This document shows positions 50,663 through 60,087 of a stretch of 64,000 nucleotides of DNA, piece after piece (position 1 is the stretch's first letter; each line of letters starts with the position of its first letter). The DNA is from Bacteroidales bacterium. GTDB lineage: Bacteria > Bacteroidota > Bacteroidia > Bacteroidales > JBGRPZ01. Below the pieces are notes generated by a model. It had not been told where the DNA came from, searched no databases, and was given only the letters and a program-made list of their open reading frames with translations. The stretch is from NCBI GenBank assembly GCA_041725955.1, contig JBGRQE010000010.1, forward strand, positions 2,376 through 66,375. Reading direction: 5' to 3'. The position numbers were made by a program, and so were the translations under genes.

Positions 50663-51097
50663 ATGAAAGTAAAAATCGTAAATAAATCTCATCATACTTT
50701 ACCCGAGTATGCTACTGTTGCTTCTGCAGGAGTTGATTTAAGAGCAAATTTGGATGAATCTGTATTTGTGAAACCTATGGAGCGCTGTTTAATTTCAACA
50801 GGACTTTTTCTTGAAATTCCTATTGGACATGAAGCTCAAGTGCGTCCAAGGAGTGGCTTAGCTTTAAAAAAAGGGATTACTGTTTTAAATACTCCAGGAA
50901 CTATTGATGCCGATTATCGCGGCGAGGTGAAAGTTATATTGATTAATCTTTCGAACGAGGTTTTTGAAATCAAAGATGGTGAGCGTATAGCACAGATGGT
51001 TTTTGCTGCCCACGAACAAGCTGAATGGATTCAGGTAGAAACATTGAGTGAAACCGATCGTGGAGAAGGTGGTTTTGGCCATACTGGTAAAAAATAA
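50663..51097 (+). CDS. dut: dUTP diphosphatase
   Basis: [40 protein letters not shown] box lies at 50636-50643. Confidence 0.97.
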   Translation: MKVKIVNKSHHTLPEYATVASAGVDLRANLDESVFVKPMERCLISTGLFLEIPIGHEAQVRPRSGLALKKGITVLNTPGTIDADYRGEVKVILINLSNEVFEIKDGERIAQMVFAAHEQAEWIQVETLSETDRGEGGFGHTGKK

Positions 51098-51126
51098 TAT
51101 TCAAACTTAGAATTACATTTAGCATT

Positions 51127-52131
51127 ATGAAAATAATTATCCCAATGGCAGGAATGGGCAAAAGAATGCGTCCTCATACCTTAACTGTTCCTAAACCACT
51201 TATTCCTGTTGCTGGAAAACCTATTGTTCAAAGACTCGTAGAAGATATTGCTGGGGTTATTGGAGAAAAAATTGACGAAATTGCATTTATTATTGGTAAT
51301 TTTGGGGAGGAAGTTGAGAAACAACTTCTAGATATTGCCGATCAAGTTGGTGCAAAAGGCAGAATTTGTTATCAGTTGGAAGCTTTAGGTACTGCCCATG
51401 CTATTCTTTGTGCAAAAGAGTCGTTAGATGGGAAAGTAATTGTTGCTTATGCCGACACCTTGTTTAAAGCAGATTTTGTTCTTGATAACGAAAAAGAAGG
51501 AATCATCTGGACAAAGAGAGTTAATAATCCAGAACAGTTTGGTGTCGTAAAACTTGATGATCAAGGTCAAATTCAAGGATTTGTTGAAAAACCAAAAGAA
51601 TTTGTTTCCGATGAGGCAATTATTGGAATCTATTATTTCCGCGATGGAGCTTATTTAAAGCAAGAACTACAAAAATTGCTAGATCAGAATATAACTACCG
51701 GAGGGGAATATGGAATTACTGATGCCCTTCAAAATATGATGAAGCAAGGAACTCGTTTTTATACTGATACCGTTGATGAGTGGTTGGATTGTGGTAATAA
51801 AGATGCTACTGTTTTAACCAATCAAAGAGTATTGGAGATGAAGAAGACTAAGGAAACGCTAGTTGATAACTCTGCACAACTTACCAATTCTGTAGTTATT
51901 GAACCTTGTTTTATTGGTCCAAATGCAAAAATTGAAAATGCAGTTATTGGACCTCATGCTTCTGTAGGAGCTAGGACAGTAATTAAAAATTCGGTCATAA
52001 AAAATACTATTGTACAATGTGATTCAGTAGTTGAAGAGGAAATTATCTCAAATTCAATGATCGGAAACTTTGCAAGTATGCAAGGAAAGATGAAAGAGGT
52101 TTCTTTAGGCGATTATTCTGAGTCTAAATAA
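51127..52131 (+). CDS. Sugar-phosphate nucleotidyltransferase
   Basis: IPMAGMGKRMRPHT..PKPL, EALGTAHA, FVEKP, WLDCG, C-terminal hexapeptide repeats. Confidence 0.9.
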   Translation: MKIIIPMAGMGKRMRPHTLTVPKPLIPVAGKPIVQRLVEDIAGVIGEKIDEIAFIIGNFGEEVEKQLLDIADQVGAKGRICYQLEALGTAHAILCAKESLDGKVIVAYADTLFKADFVLDNEKEGIIWTKRVNNPEQFGVVKLDDQGQIQGFVEKPKEFVSDEAIIGIYYFRDGAYLKQELQKLLDQNITTGGEYGITDALQNMMKQGTRFYTDTVDEWLDCGNKDATVLTNQRVLEMKKTKETLVDNSAQLTNSVVIEPCFIGPNAKIENAVIGPHASVGARTVIKNSVIKNTIVQCDSVVEEEIISNSMIGNFASMQGKMKEVSLGDYSESK

Positions 52132-52149
52132 TTAATCTCGGCACTTTTC

Positions 52150-53907
52150 TTGCTTTCACATTACAAAATGCGAAAGTTATATATGTTGAAAAGAAAAATT
52201 TATTTGGCAGCTATGGTTTTATCCATAGCTTCCCTTTTATCTTGCGCTTCTCAAAAGAAAGTGAGTACTCTGGGGTATACTCCTATAGAGAAAGAAAAAC
52301 TTGAAGGAACTGGCTTTTTTGTCGATGCAGCAAAAGAAAGATTACAAGGAAATACTACTAAAGCTCTTGAACTTTATAAGAAAGCATTGGAAAAGAATCC
52401 TAATGATGCTGCCTCTATGTATGAGATTTCACGAATATCTCAGGAAAATGGATTAGAGATAGATGCTTTAGATTATGCAAAGAAAGCTGTAAAAATTGAT
52501 CCAAAAAATAAATGGTATCTTTCTCTATTGGGTGAACTTTATCGAAAAACAGGAGAGAATGGTAAACTAATTGAAATATATAAAGAGCTGTTAGACCTCG
52601 ATTCTCATAATCCGGATTCTTATACAAGTCTCGCTGTTGCTTATGTGCTTAATAGTCAGTTTAAGGAGGCTATTGATGTTTATGGGAAACTGGAAAATGA
52701 AGTAGGCCTTAATGAGTTTATTACTACCCGGAAAGCTAAGCTATATGAGTATTTAAATGAACCGAAAAAAGCTTTAAATGAATATGAAAAATTGGCTGAA
52801 GCCTATCCTTTCGAGATAAGAAATTTTCAACTTTTGGCTGAGTTTGCTATTAATCTCAAAGATTATGATGTTGCTCTTAAAGCATACGAAAAAGTGGAGA
52901 AGCTTAATCCGGAAGATCCATATATTCATATTTCTCTTGCCGAATTTTATAAAAAGCAAAATAAAGCCAAGCAAGCTTATGAACAGCTGAAAAAAGGATT
53001 CTCCAATACAAAATTGGATGCCAAAACAAAAATAGGAATACTGGTTGCCTTTTATTCTTTTAAAGAAATGACTGGACCCAATTTAGATCAAGTGATTGTT
53101 CTTTGTAAGAGTATTGTCGATGCTTCTCCTGAAGATGCAGAAGCTTGGAGAATATATTCAGCGCTTTTAGCACAATCCAAAAAATTTCCTGAAGCATTTG
53201 AAGGTTTTACAAAAGCAAGGAAATTTGGTGACCAGTCTTATTCTACCTATGAAAATCTGCTGAACTTGTATCCAAATAAAGAGGATGATGCTTATAAAAG
53301 ACTCGTTGATTCGGCTGTAATGCTTTTCCCTAATCAACCTATTCCTTATTACTTTAAAGGATTGGTAGAATTATGGGGTAAGAAGAAACATGAAGCTTTG
53401 AATTATCTGTTGAAGGGAGCAAAACTAAGTGTGAAAAATCCAAAACTCTCTGAAGAGTTATATGCTGTGATTGGTAATGTTTACCATGAACTTAAGGATA
53501 ATAAAAATGCATTTATTTATTATGATAAAACCCTTAAGCTTAATCCAGATAATGCTTCAATATTAAATAATTATGCTTATTATCTCGCTCTGGAAGATAA
53601 AGATTTAGATAGAGCAAAAAAAATGGCAAAAAGAGCTATTGAGCTTGAACCTGAAAATGCGAATTCTATAGATACTTATGCTTGGGTATTGTTTATGCTT
53701 GATGATTATGAAGAAGCCCTAAAGTATATGCAAAAAGTGATAGATAAGAAAATAAAACGTTCTTCTTATTTCGATCATTATGGCGATATCTTATATAAAC
53801 TGGGAGAGAGAGACAAAGCAATCGAAAATTGGGAGAAAGCATTGAAACTTGATAAAGATTCTAAAAAAATAAAACAAAAAATAGAAGAAGGTCGGTATAT
53901 CGAATAA
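52150..53907 (+). CDS. TPR-repeat lipoprotein
   Basis: Lipobox LLSC, many TPR-like repeats, LNNYAYYL, DTYAWV, DHYGDIL. Confidence 0.85.
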   Translation: MLSHYKMRKLYMLKRKIYLAAMVLSIASLLSCASQKKVSTLGYTPIEKEKLEGTGFFVDAAKERLQGNTTKALELYKKALEKNPNDAASMYEISRISQENGLEIDALDYAKKAVKIDPKNKWYLSLLGELYRKTGENGKLIEIYKELLDLDSHNPDSYTSLAVAYVLNSQFKEAIDVYGKLENEVGLNEFITTRKAKLYEYLNEPKKALNEYEKLAEAYPFEIRNFQLLAEFAINLKDYDVALKAYEKVEKLNPEDPYIHISLAEFYKKQNKAKQAYEQLKKGFSNTKLDAKTKIGILVAFYSFKEMTGPNLDQVIVLCKSIVDASPEDAEAWRIYSALLAQSKKFPEAFEGFTKARKFGDQSYSTYENLLNLYPNKEDDAYKRLVDSAVMLFPNQPIPYYFKGLVELWGKKKHEALNYLLKGAKLSVKNPKLSEELYAVIGNVYHELKDNKNAFIYYDKTLKLNPDNASILNNYAYYLALEDKDLDRAKKMAKRAIELEPENANSIDTYAWVLFMLDDYEEALKYMQKVIDKKIKRSSYFDHYGDILYKLGERDKAIENWEKALKLDKDSKKIKQKIEEGRYIE

Positions 53908-53974
53908 TGAGTGCTACTGATATGCTAGTTTTATTTAATTATATTGTTAAACTGTATTTAATTTTTTTGATCGG

Positions 53975-54835
53975 GTGAAGAAGATAATCTCTAGAAACTT
54001 AAGTTTTTATATTTTTTTGTTTTTCCTATTGACTATAGTTTCATGTAAAACGCGAAAAAGTGGAATTGGAGGGCCTGTAGTATATCGGAATTCCTCTGTT
54101 TTACTTGAAAAGATGGATTCAAGTGAATTAGACTATAAAACATTAAGTTTTAAGTTTAAAGGTAAATTGAAGAGGGAAAAGGATAAGAAAGATTTTTCGG
54201 GACAGGTAAGAATTCAAAAAGATAGTTTGATTTGGATTTCTTTTTCTAAGGCATTTGTTGAGGGGGGAAGAGTATTGATTACCCGTGATTCTGTTTTTTT
54301 TGTTAATCGCCTTGATAGAGAGTATTTTAAGGGGAATTTCAACTTGCTTAGTAGAATATTGAAAACTCGTGTAGATTTTGATATGATGCAGGCTTTATTA
54401 ACTGGTAATGACTTTACTTCTTTTGAGAAAGGAGATTTTAATGCTAGTGTTGAAGGAAGAAGATATCGCTTAACAAATGAAAATAGACGAAAAATTCGTA
54501 AGAGTTTACGTTCTAAGTCCAAGGATTTATTTGCTCTTTTTCATCAAATTTGGTTAAATCCTGAAACTTATAAGATTGAAGAAGTTTTTTTGAAAGAAAT
54601 GGGGAAAGATCATAAAAAATTAAACGTGGTTTATGACGGGTTTAATAGGATTGATGAATCTGCTAGTGATAAGAATCAGTTGTTCCCAGGTGTTATTACA
54701 ATAAAATACTTAAACGCAGATCGCATAACATTGGATCTCTTAATTCAAAAAACTGAGGTGAATAAGGAATTGAAATTTCCATTTCGGATTTCAAGAAAAT
54801 ATGTACCTATGGAAGTTGCTGGTCTAGGAATATAA
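53975..54835 (+). CDS. DUF4292-like lipoprotein
   Basis: Lipobox IVSC, VRIQKDSLIWIS, EGGRVLIT.DSV; usual last member of the dut-NTP transferase-TPR operon. Confidence 0.75.
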   Translation: MKKIISRNLSFYIFLFFLLTIVSCKTRKSGIGGPVVYRNSSVLLEKMDSSELDYKTLSFKFKGKLKREKDKKDFSGQVRIQKDSLIWISFSKAFVEGGRVLITRDSVFFVNRLDREYFKGNFNLLSRILKTRVDFDMMQALLTGNDFTSFEKGDFNASVEGRRYRLTNENRRKIRKSLRSKSKDLFALFHQIWLNPETYKIEEVFLKEMGKDHKKLNVVYDGFNRIDESASDKNQLFPGVITIKYLNADRITLDLLIQKTEVNKELKFPFRISRKYVPMEVAGLGI

Positions 54836-54934
54836 AACTGTTTTAGTGTATTACTTCTATGATGAAATCAGAATATTAGGAGTGACATTTATATATCATT
54901 AGAGCTTGAATTACATATCATTTAAAAAAAAATA

Positions 54935-54967
54935 AGAGACTGTCTATTGATTGGGTGGACAGTCTCT
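54935..54967 (+). terminator. Terminator of the dut operon
   Basis: agagactgtc / gacagtctct stem followed by a T-rich tail. Confidence 0.65.
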
Positions 54968-55295
54968 CTTTTTCTTCAAAAAAACCAATCGTTTCAATCG
55001 GCCATGATTAGGTATCTACACAAATTAGGGTATGTTGGGTTGAGTTTACCAACATAGGGGTAAATTAAAAATCGAGAAAACAAACGATATGTTTTACCAG
55101 TATCAAACCAAAAATGAAATTGTTAATGTTTCAATATAATTGTTTGACTATATTAGTAAAACTATCGTGCCATAGTAGATTTGTGCTGATAAGCAGTTTG
55201 TTATGGATTTGTGTGTTTCTTGAAAATAAAAGGAGTAGTACGTTTTTAATACACACTTGTTCATTTTCGAACATGCAGAAAGGAACTGTTAATAA

Positions 55296-55329
55296 AAAAG
55301 AAGCTGTCCAATAAAGGGCAGCTTCTTTT
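55296..55329 (-). terminator. Terminator after the S46 peptidase
   Basis: aaaagaagctgtcc...ggcagcttctttt. Confidence 0.7.
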
Positions 55330-55358
55330 CTATTATTCTAGATATTTTTTAGGAGCAA

Positions 55359-57599
55359 TTATTCTTCGATTTCAGCAGCTTCGATTTCAGCAGCTTCACC
55401 TTTAGGTTCTCCTTTTATAATTGTCATTTCTTCGATAAGGTTTTTTGCACCAGCATATTTATCGATTATGAAAAGAACATAACGAGCGTCAACACAAATG
55501 GTACGTTGCAATTCTGGTTCAAATGCAATATCACCACTCATTGCTTCCCAGTTGCCATCGAATGCGATACCAATCAATTCACCACGACCATTAATTACAC
55601 CAGAACCAGAGTTACCACCAGTAATATCGTTGGTAGTAAGGAAACAGGTAACTAGTTCACCATTTTCGTCAGCATATTGTCCGTAATCTTTATTGTTAAT
55701 TAAATCAACAAGTTTTCCTGGAACAACAAATTCTGGATTGTCTTTATCTTCTTTTTCAAGTATACCTTGAGTAGTTGTGATAAAGTCATAATGAACGGCA
55801 TCTGCAGGGTAATAATCCTGAACACTACCATAAGTTACACGCATAGTAGAGTTTGCATTAGGGTAGAATTTCTTTGCAGGTTCCATTTTTCTTAAACCAG
55901 CAATAAATAAGCGATTTCCTTTTTCTATCTTAGGACTTGCACTTCTGTAAGGGCCAACCACTGAAATTACTTTGTTGTAGAATGCTTGCATTAATTGGTA
56001 TGCAGGATCTTTCTCAATTTTCTTCAATGATGGTTTTGCCAATAGTTTATCTACTTTTTCTGGAGTAGTAAAGTTAGATTTTTCAAATACATATTCTGTA
56101 TAAGCATTCCAGTCATTTTTAAACTTTTTGGCCATTTCAACCAAATATTCAGGTTGTTTGCTGCTCTTAATGTTTTGTGTATAGACTTTAAGAAGAGCTG
56201 CCATTACATTTTTATCAGCAACAAGACTATATTCCTTAAAGTGCTCATCTTTGTTTTTTGAAATGGCTTCTGCAGTTTTTGCAATCTTTTCTTTATCCTT
56301 CTTTTTCTTCTTAAGAAGTTGTGCTAAACCAGCAAATTCTTGTGCATAAGCAGTTAGTTCAGTTCCGTTTAGTCCACAAAGACTAGCAAAATATAATTCA
56401 GCTAGAGCTTTATCCTGAGTTTTATATCCTTCTTCAATAAGGTTTAATGCCTCACCATACATTTTTTGACGCTCAGGATCTGCAGCAACCCATTTACGAA
56501 ATTTGTTTTCGATACCTAATTTTTTATCATAAATTTTAAGTCTCTTAAGACCTTTAGATTGACCAATTAGATATTTCCAAGAGTTTGCAGTACTTGCATA
56601 TTTTGATGCATATTGAATGCGAACAGCAGGATCTGCGTCCATAGCTTTTTTCCATGCAGCTAATTTAGCGCCGAAAGCGTCGATAACTACTGGATTCTTT
56701 TTGTTTATGTTAGATTCAACACCATATGAGGTTAAATAACGATCAGTAGATCCTGGATATCCCCAAATCATAGCATAATCATCCTTTTCAACTCCGTTAA
56801 GAGAAACAGGAAGATGCCATTTTGGTTGATAAGGTTTATTTTCTTTTGAGTAATTTGCAGGTTCGCCATTAGCATCAGCATATACACGGAAAATAGAGAA
56901 ATCACCAGTATGACGTGGCCACATCCAGTTGTCGGTATCACCACCAAACTTACCAACAGATGAAGGAGGTGCACCTACCAGACGAACATCAGTATAAGTT
57001 TTGTAAACAAACATATAAAACTCGTTACCACCGAAGAAACCTTTAACTACAGGATTTAATTTACCATCTGTAGAAGCGCTTTTTTCTAAACGAGTTTTGA
57101 TTTCGTTAATTTTCTCAGCTCTTTCTTCCTCAGTCATATCAGCATTTAAATGAGGAACGATACTATCTGTAACGTTTTCAATACGCTGAAGGAATGAAGC
57201 ACTTAAGCCTTCGTTAGCAAGTTCTTCATTCATTTTATATGCCCAAAAACCATCTTTTAGGTAATCGTGCTCAACAGTACTATGATTTTGAATTGCATCA
57301 TAACCGCAATGGTGGTTGGTAAACATAAGACCTTTACCAGAAACAATTTCTCCAGAACAGAAAAAGCCACGAGGTTTTGCTCCATGACTAAGTCCAACGA
57401 TAGCATCTTTTAGTGAAGAATTATTTATACTGTAGATTTCTTCTGGGGTAAGCTGAAGCCCCATTTTTTGCATATCAGTATAATTTAAGCGCTCAACAAA
57501 AAGAGGCAACCACATTCCCTCATCTGGAAGAGGATTTGCTTTGGTCATTCCTAAACCAGCAGCAAGGAATAAAATGAAAGATAGAAGTGTTTTTTTCAT
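55359..57599 (-). CDS. S46 family dipeptidyl peptidase, DPP7 type
   Basis: DEGMWLP, FTNHHC, NWMWPRHTGDF, DITGGNSGS. FDGNWE has Gly as in DPP7, versus FDRNWE in DPP11. Confidence 0.93.
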   Translation of the reverse strand: MKKTLLSFILFLAAGLGMTKANPLPDEGMWLPLFVERLNYTDMQKMGLQLTPEEIYSINNSSLKDAIVGLSHGAKPRGFFCSGEIVSGKGLMFTNHHCGYDAIQNHSTVEHDYLKDGFWAYKMNEELANEGLSASFLQRIENVTDSIVPHLNADMTEEERAEKINEIKTRLEKSASTDGKLNPVVKGFFGGNEFYMFVYKTYTDVRLVGAPPSSVGKFGGDTDNWMWPRHTGDFSIFRVYADANGEPANYSKENKPYQPKWHLPVSLNGVEKDDYAMIWGYPGSTDRYLTSYGVESNINKKNPVVIDAFGAKLAAWKKAMDADPAVRIQYASKYASTANSWKYLIGQSKGLKRLKIYDKKLGIENKFRKWVAADPERQKMYGEALNLIEEGYKTQDKALAELYFASLCGLNGTELTAYAQEFAGLAQLLKKKKKDKEKIAKTAEAISKNKDEHFKEYSLVADKNVMAALLKVYTQNIKSSKQPEYLVEMAKKFKNDWNAYTEYVFEKSNFTTPEKVDKLLAKPSLKKIEKDPAYQLMQAFYNKVISVVGPYRSASPKIEKGNRLFIAGLRKMEPAKKFYPNANSTMRVTYGSVQDYYPADAVHYDFITTTQGILEKEDKDNPEFVVPGKLVDLINNKDYGQYADENGELVTCFLTTNDITGGNSGSGVINGRGELIGIAFDGNWEAMSGDIAFEPELQRTICVDARYVLFIIDKYAGAKNLIEEMTIIKGEPKGEAAEIEAAEIEE

Positions 57600-57832
57600 C
57601 TCTATGTTAAATTAATTCAAGGTCAACCTTATGGGCATTATGTAGTGTTTTGTACATGTAAATGACATCATTTGGTTGACTATTAAGTTTATTTTGAATG
57701 TTAAAGTTCTTTTTTATTTTTCCTTATAGCTAAACTAACCGCTTTAAAATTATATGAACAAAAAAGCGGTTAGTTTTCATTATTAGTATGTCAACCTTTT
57801 TATAATATCCAAAAAAACCTTATGCTAATACC

Positions 57833-59506
57833 TTATAGTCCTATTTGAGCAGGTCCTTGTTCAAATACAATATCTTTTGGAATTCCTGCCTTTGCAAGTC
57901 TAGCTAAATCAGCTTCCAATTGAGAGCTTACATTTCCTTCTTCTTTAACCCATTTTGCAGCAGCAGCATAATCACCATCACCTTGAATGCGGATGATGTC
58001 TTGAGTTAATTCTGTTGCAGCAGTTTTCATTTTCTCAAAGTTTACAGCATAAGTTCCATCATCGTTACGAGTAAAAGCACCTTTCTTTAAGAAATAGTTA
58101 AAGCGGATCATATTTGCTTTACCATGAGCACTAGCAGCACCAAATCTTACCGAACGGAAAATACCTGCCATAAATGTTACATAGTTGTCCAATAGGTTTG
58201 CTTCAGGAAACTCTCCCATTTCATTAAGCTTGGTAACTAGGTATAGCCCTAGGATATCAGCTTTTCCTTCTTCGATAGCAGAGTATTGTTCTTTTAATGC
58301 AGTGCGGACAGGGCCTTTTCCTGTAATGGTTTCTTTAATTCCCATTCCGTGTGCTACTTCATGAAACATTGTATTGGCAAAGAATGCATCGAAAGAAATG
58401 TTTTTTCTTTGATCTGGAGTAATTAATACCTCAGAAATAGGAACTAAAATCTTGTCGAATTTAGCTTTCATAGAATTCTTAAGCTGTAAACGGCGAGTAC
58501 CTTTTGCTTTGTGAACACGTTCGTCGTTAGGAAGGTTTATAGCAAGAGTTTTGCCTGCGGCATTACAATCTCCAGCATAATATACAGCATCATAAGCACC
58601 AAGATCGGTTTCAGAACCTACAGGGTCTTTTTTATATTTTTCTGCAACAGGAAGATCCTTTTGAAGCTGAGGAATAAATTTAGCGAAACGCTGTAGTTTA
58701 TTACTCCATTCAACATCTTTTACTAAGATGAAAGCTTCACATGCTGCTCTGTAACCAAATAACTGATCTTCGTAGTTTTCAATAGGACCATATACAAGAT
58801 CAATTAGGTTATCTTTCATATCTAACCAAGCCAAATCAGATTCGTAGTAGTCGTTTGAAAGTAGAGCGTCTGCGCGTAGATTAAGATATTTTTTGAATCC
58901 GTCATTTTCTGCAAGAGTAGCAGCTTTTCGAAGTAATTCAGCAGCTTTTTGGAATTCTTCCTTATAAGCTTCAGAATAAGGGATGTTTTTTAAATTTCCA
59001 TTATTATCACGGCGTACAATTGAATATAAGCTTGTTTTGTTTGGCTCATTCCAATTTTCAAACTCTTCCTTAGTCATATCCAAAGGATAGAAATTGGCTC
59101 CTGCAGGTTTACTACCGCAGTAACAAAGAAATGGAAGATTATCATTTAATCTATCCCAAGGACCATAATTGATCTTTGCAAATTCTTGTGCTGCCGGATC
59201 GTAAGAAAGTGATTTAACAAATGGTTGTTCATTACATAAAGATTGTTTCCAATATACGGCGTTCATAATGTCTGATGCCTGGAACAATACTTTTAACATT
59301 TCTTTTTGGTTGGCAGAAAGATGATCAATGTTTGATGTTAATTGAACTTTTGCATACTGATCTAATTTTTTCTGCATTTCAGGACTTGATTGTGCTTGTG
59401 CTTGTTCTACTTTGTCCTGTTTAGGAGCTTCTGCCTTAGGCTCACAAGAATTCACTCCTGCAAGAATTCCTAGAGCTAGAACTGGAGTAATGAATTTTTT
59501 GTACAT
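57833..59506 (-). CDS. M49 (DPP III-like) zinc peptidase lipoprotein with an HEXXH pentapeptide
   Basis: Lipobox GVNSC, GPIENYED, NLPND, FHEVAHG, EEGKAD. Confidence 0.82.
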   Translation of the reverse strand: MYKKFITPVLALGILAGVNSCEPKAEAPKQDKVEQAQAQSSPEMQKKLDQYAKVQLTSNIDHLSANQKEMLKVLFQASDIMNAVYWKQSLCNEQPFVKSLSYDPAAQEFAKINYGPWDRLNDNLPFLCYCGSKPAGANFYPLDMTKEEFENWNEPNKTSLYSIVRRDNNGNLKNIPYSEAYKEEFQKAAELLRKAATLAENDGFKKYLNLRADALLSNDYYESDLAWLDMKDNLIDLVYGPIENYEDQLFGYRAACEAFILVKDVEWSNKLQRFAKFIPQLQKDLPVAEKYKKDPVGSETDLGAYDAVYYAGDCNAAGKTLAINLPNDERVHKAKGTRRLQLKNSMKAKFDKILVPISEVLITPDQRKNISFDAFFANTMFHEVAHGMGIKETITGKGPVRTALKEQYSAIEEGKADILGLYLVTKLNEMGEFPEANLLDNYVTFMAGIFRSVRFGAASAHGKANMIRFNYFLKKGAFTRNDDGTYAVNFEKMKTAATELTQDIIRIQGDGDYAAAAKWVKEEGNVSSQLEADLARLAKAGIPKDIVFEQGPAQIGL

Positions 59507-59836
59507 AGTTGATTAATAAAATGGTAAACTTTTAAAGGCACGAAAGTACAAGGAAATTGGCAGAAATCCTAAAGTTGGAAATTGGCTGATAAACAATCTG
59601 TTTTATACTTTTAAGGACTTGATTCATGGGTTTTGTAGTTCATGAAATAGGTATCTATTACTAGGAAATTATCTCTTTTGAATCCCTTTTTTCTATAGGG
59701 GTATATGTGTTTAGATTATTCTTTTTTATACTTTAGTGCTCTTGTTTAAATAATCATCTTTCCAAAAGGGATTAAAAACTAATTTGATAGTAGCGACGAA
59801 TAATCATTCTTTTTTCAGGTTTAGTGAAAGTATATT

Positions 59837-59863
59837 ATTTGAGTTGATTTGCTAAACTCAAAT
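59837..59863. promoter_or_regulatory. Inverted repeat upstream of the precursor gene
   Basis: atttgagtt-N9-aactcaaat, a perfect 9-bp inverted repeat ending 38 nt before the ATG. Confidence 0.4.
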
Positions 59864-59901
59864 GTTTTTAAGCAACTTCCCTTTTTTTAAAAGTTTATCA
59901 A

Positions 59902-60084
59902 ATGAAAAAGCAAAACTCTATTACAAGGTCTCAAAACATTTCTGAAAGATTAAAGCAGTTAAAACGAAATTATAAAAAACCAGAGTTGGTGGAATTTAAT
60001 TTGCAGAATGCCCTGCAAGATCAATGTTCTGATATGGCTTCCTGCTGGAAAGAAGAAGAGAAAAAGACTATGATTTGGTTTTAG
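59902..60084 (+). CDS. Putative RiPP precursor peptide (60 aa)
   Basis: Located 3 nt upstream of an rSAM gene. Y24-K-K-P27-E-L29 matches YxxPxL. C-terminal QCSDMASCWKEEEKKTMIWF. Confidence 0.8.
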   Translation: MKKQNSITRSQNISERLKQLKRNYKKPELVEFNLQNALQDQCSDMASCWKEEEKKTMIWF

Positions 60085-60087
60085 ACA

